A stretch of DNA of 64,000 nucleotides from Longimicrobiales bacterium (GTDB lineage Bacteria > Gemmatimonadota > Gemmatimonadetes > Longimicrobiales > Gaopeijiaceae). The notes beneath the pieces were generated by a model. It was not told the origin of the DNA, ran no database searches, and worked only from the letters and a program-made list of their open reading frames with translations. Positions 62,816-64,000 of this stretch are shown here, in pieces. The translations under genes were made by a program, and so were the position numbers. How positions within the stretch are numbered: position 1 is the stretch's first letter; every line of letters begins with the position of its first letter. The DNA is taken from positions 576,001 to 640,000 of the forward strand of contig OZ241869.1 of NCBI GenBank assembly GCA_965202805.1, given 5' to 3'.

Positions 62816-64000
62816 CTACTCCTCCGCCAGATTCTCGACGGGCGATAACCCATCCAGATCGATGGTAAGCACCTCGATTGCGCGTTTGCGGACGCCGATT
62901 CCGTGTTCGATGAGGAGGTCGACAAGCTTGTCCCCGTCAATGAGGGTGATTGGCGCGGCGCCTTGGGCGAACGCTGCTTCTATCGCACCCTTCGCGAAGC
63001 GGGAAGTCGCTACGATCGTCCCTCGCACGGCGTTGAAACGGTAGAGTGAGCCACGCAGGGCGTCCAGGTCCTTGCGTTGCACGGTTCTCTTGTGTCGCTT
63101 CGCCTGGACCACCTCACGGACCGAGGTGACGCCGAGTTCGATCTCGGCAACCACGTCGACACCTCCATCACCGGACTGTCCCACGACATCCACATTCTGG
63201 TAGTTCATGTGGTCGAGCAGGTGCCCGACGAGCTTCTCGAAGGCTTTGGGATCCATCTGTAGCAGGTGATCACGAAGAGCTGTTCGAACAGCGGCCTCGC
63301 GTGCCTTGGCGAGCTTACGGATTTGCTGACGTTCGTCGGACTCAGGCAACGTCACGACGCGCTTCAGGTAGGCGATCCCTCGGTGAGTAGCCGCGTACTT
63401 GCCGCGCTCTCGATCGATCAAGCGTCGATCGAGGAGGTTGTTCAGACGGCGGCGAAGTGTATCACGGATGGTCGAATCTGTACCGAAATTGGAATGTTGC
63501 TCAAGATACTCCGCCCATGCTTCGATCAGTTCCCCGAAACGGGCGGGTCCGTTTTCCGAGACCATCGCGAGGAGCTCTGTAAGTCCCTCTTGCTCGTCCA
63601 GGAAGACCTCTACGCGACCACCTTGATGCTCGATGAAATCACGACCGAGATCCGAGAGAACCAGGGTGCCATCGGATGCTATCTCGACTAGGTTGTATTT
63701 CTGGACCAGGAGCCAGTGCCCATAGGTGTGCCTCGGGTTGACACTCTGGCTGCTCTCGGTCCAGATCGCCCTGGCGAGATCACGTGTATCGCCAGTGAGC
63801 TTTGCCGGAATCCATGTGTCGGGATCCGTCCATGCAACAGGGTTCTGGGGTGTTCCACGAAGCTGCGCCAAGGTGCTGTGGAGTCCCGTAACCTGCGCCT
63901 TGGGACGGCCGGGCCACACCCTTAGCAGGTGTCGCACCTCGTCGTAGATGGGGAATACCGGGATGCGAACTCGCCGAGTGCGCTCAGCTACGCCAGTCTC
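62816..64000 (-). CDS. Mrr-family restriction endonuclease (5' end outside the window)
   Basis: FEKLV, GDGGVD, VQAKR, ITLIDG; the frame is open to the window edge. Confidence 0.88.
   Translation of the reverse strand, partial: ETGVAERTRRVRIPVFPIYDEVRHLLRVWPGRPKAQVTGLHSTLAQLRGTPQNPVAWTDPDTWIPAKLTGDTRDLARAIWTESSQSVNPRHTYGHWLLVQKYNLVEIASDGTLVLSDLGRDFIEHQGGRVEVFLDEQEGLTELLAMVSENGPARFGELIEAWAEYLEQHSNFGTDSTIRDTLRRRLNNLLDRRLIDRERGKYAATHRGIAYLKRVVTLPESDERQQIRKLAKAREAAVRTALRDHLLQMDPKAFEKLVGHLLDHMNYQNVDVVGQSGDGGVDVVAEIELGVTSVREVVQAKRHKRTVQRKDLDALRGSLYRFNAVRGTIVATSRFAKGAIEAAFAQGAAPITLIDGDKLVDLLIEHGIGVRKRAIEVLTIDLDGLSPVENLAEE

Overview
High-GC bacterial window. The gene style (LRR/Ig-like lipoproteins, RNase HI and E1 sequences) suggests a Gemmatimonadota-like, possibly host- or sponge-associated organism; this is inference only. 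Positions 1-38040 are mostly core chromosome: an LRR lipoprotein and a 114-bp-repeat protein, then icd, pepA, a beta-barrel gene, yicC-gmk-rpoZ-coaBC-udg-dnaB-ispD-(tsaC/phosphatase fusion)-aroE-comF, gap-pgk-tpiA-secG, a 2-oxoacid dehydrogenase cluster with a degenerate E1-alpha, lipB, a RelA/SpoT-domain gene, an unassigned ~320-nt structured RNA with its own promoter and terminator, rnhA, carA, HU, moaD-moaE-moaA, mdh, dcd, an Ig/LRR lipoprotein and an FKBP. From ~38100 to the window end is a dense defence/accessory island. It holds Rpn and HigA remnants, a PT-type HNH nuclease, McrBC, a type I R-M operon with an RloC-like zinc-hook ATPase between hsdM and hsdS, a GIY-YIG protein, an IS481 nested in an IS3 remnant, an AT-rich three-gene cassette of unknown function, an AbiV-like fusion, a PD-(D/E)XK-like protein, a membrane protein and an Mrr nuclease. 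The best novelty candidates are the orphan structured RNA (28396-28718), the AT-rich tripartite cassette (56578-58025) and the hsd-embedded ATPase. No CRISPR array, rRNA, tRNA, integrase or reverse transcriptase was seen.
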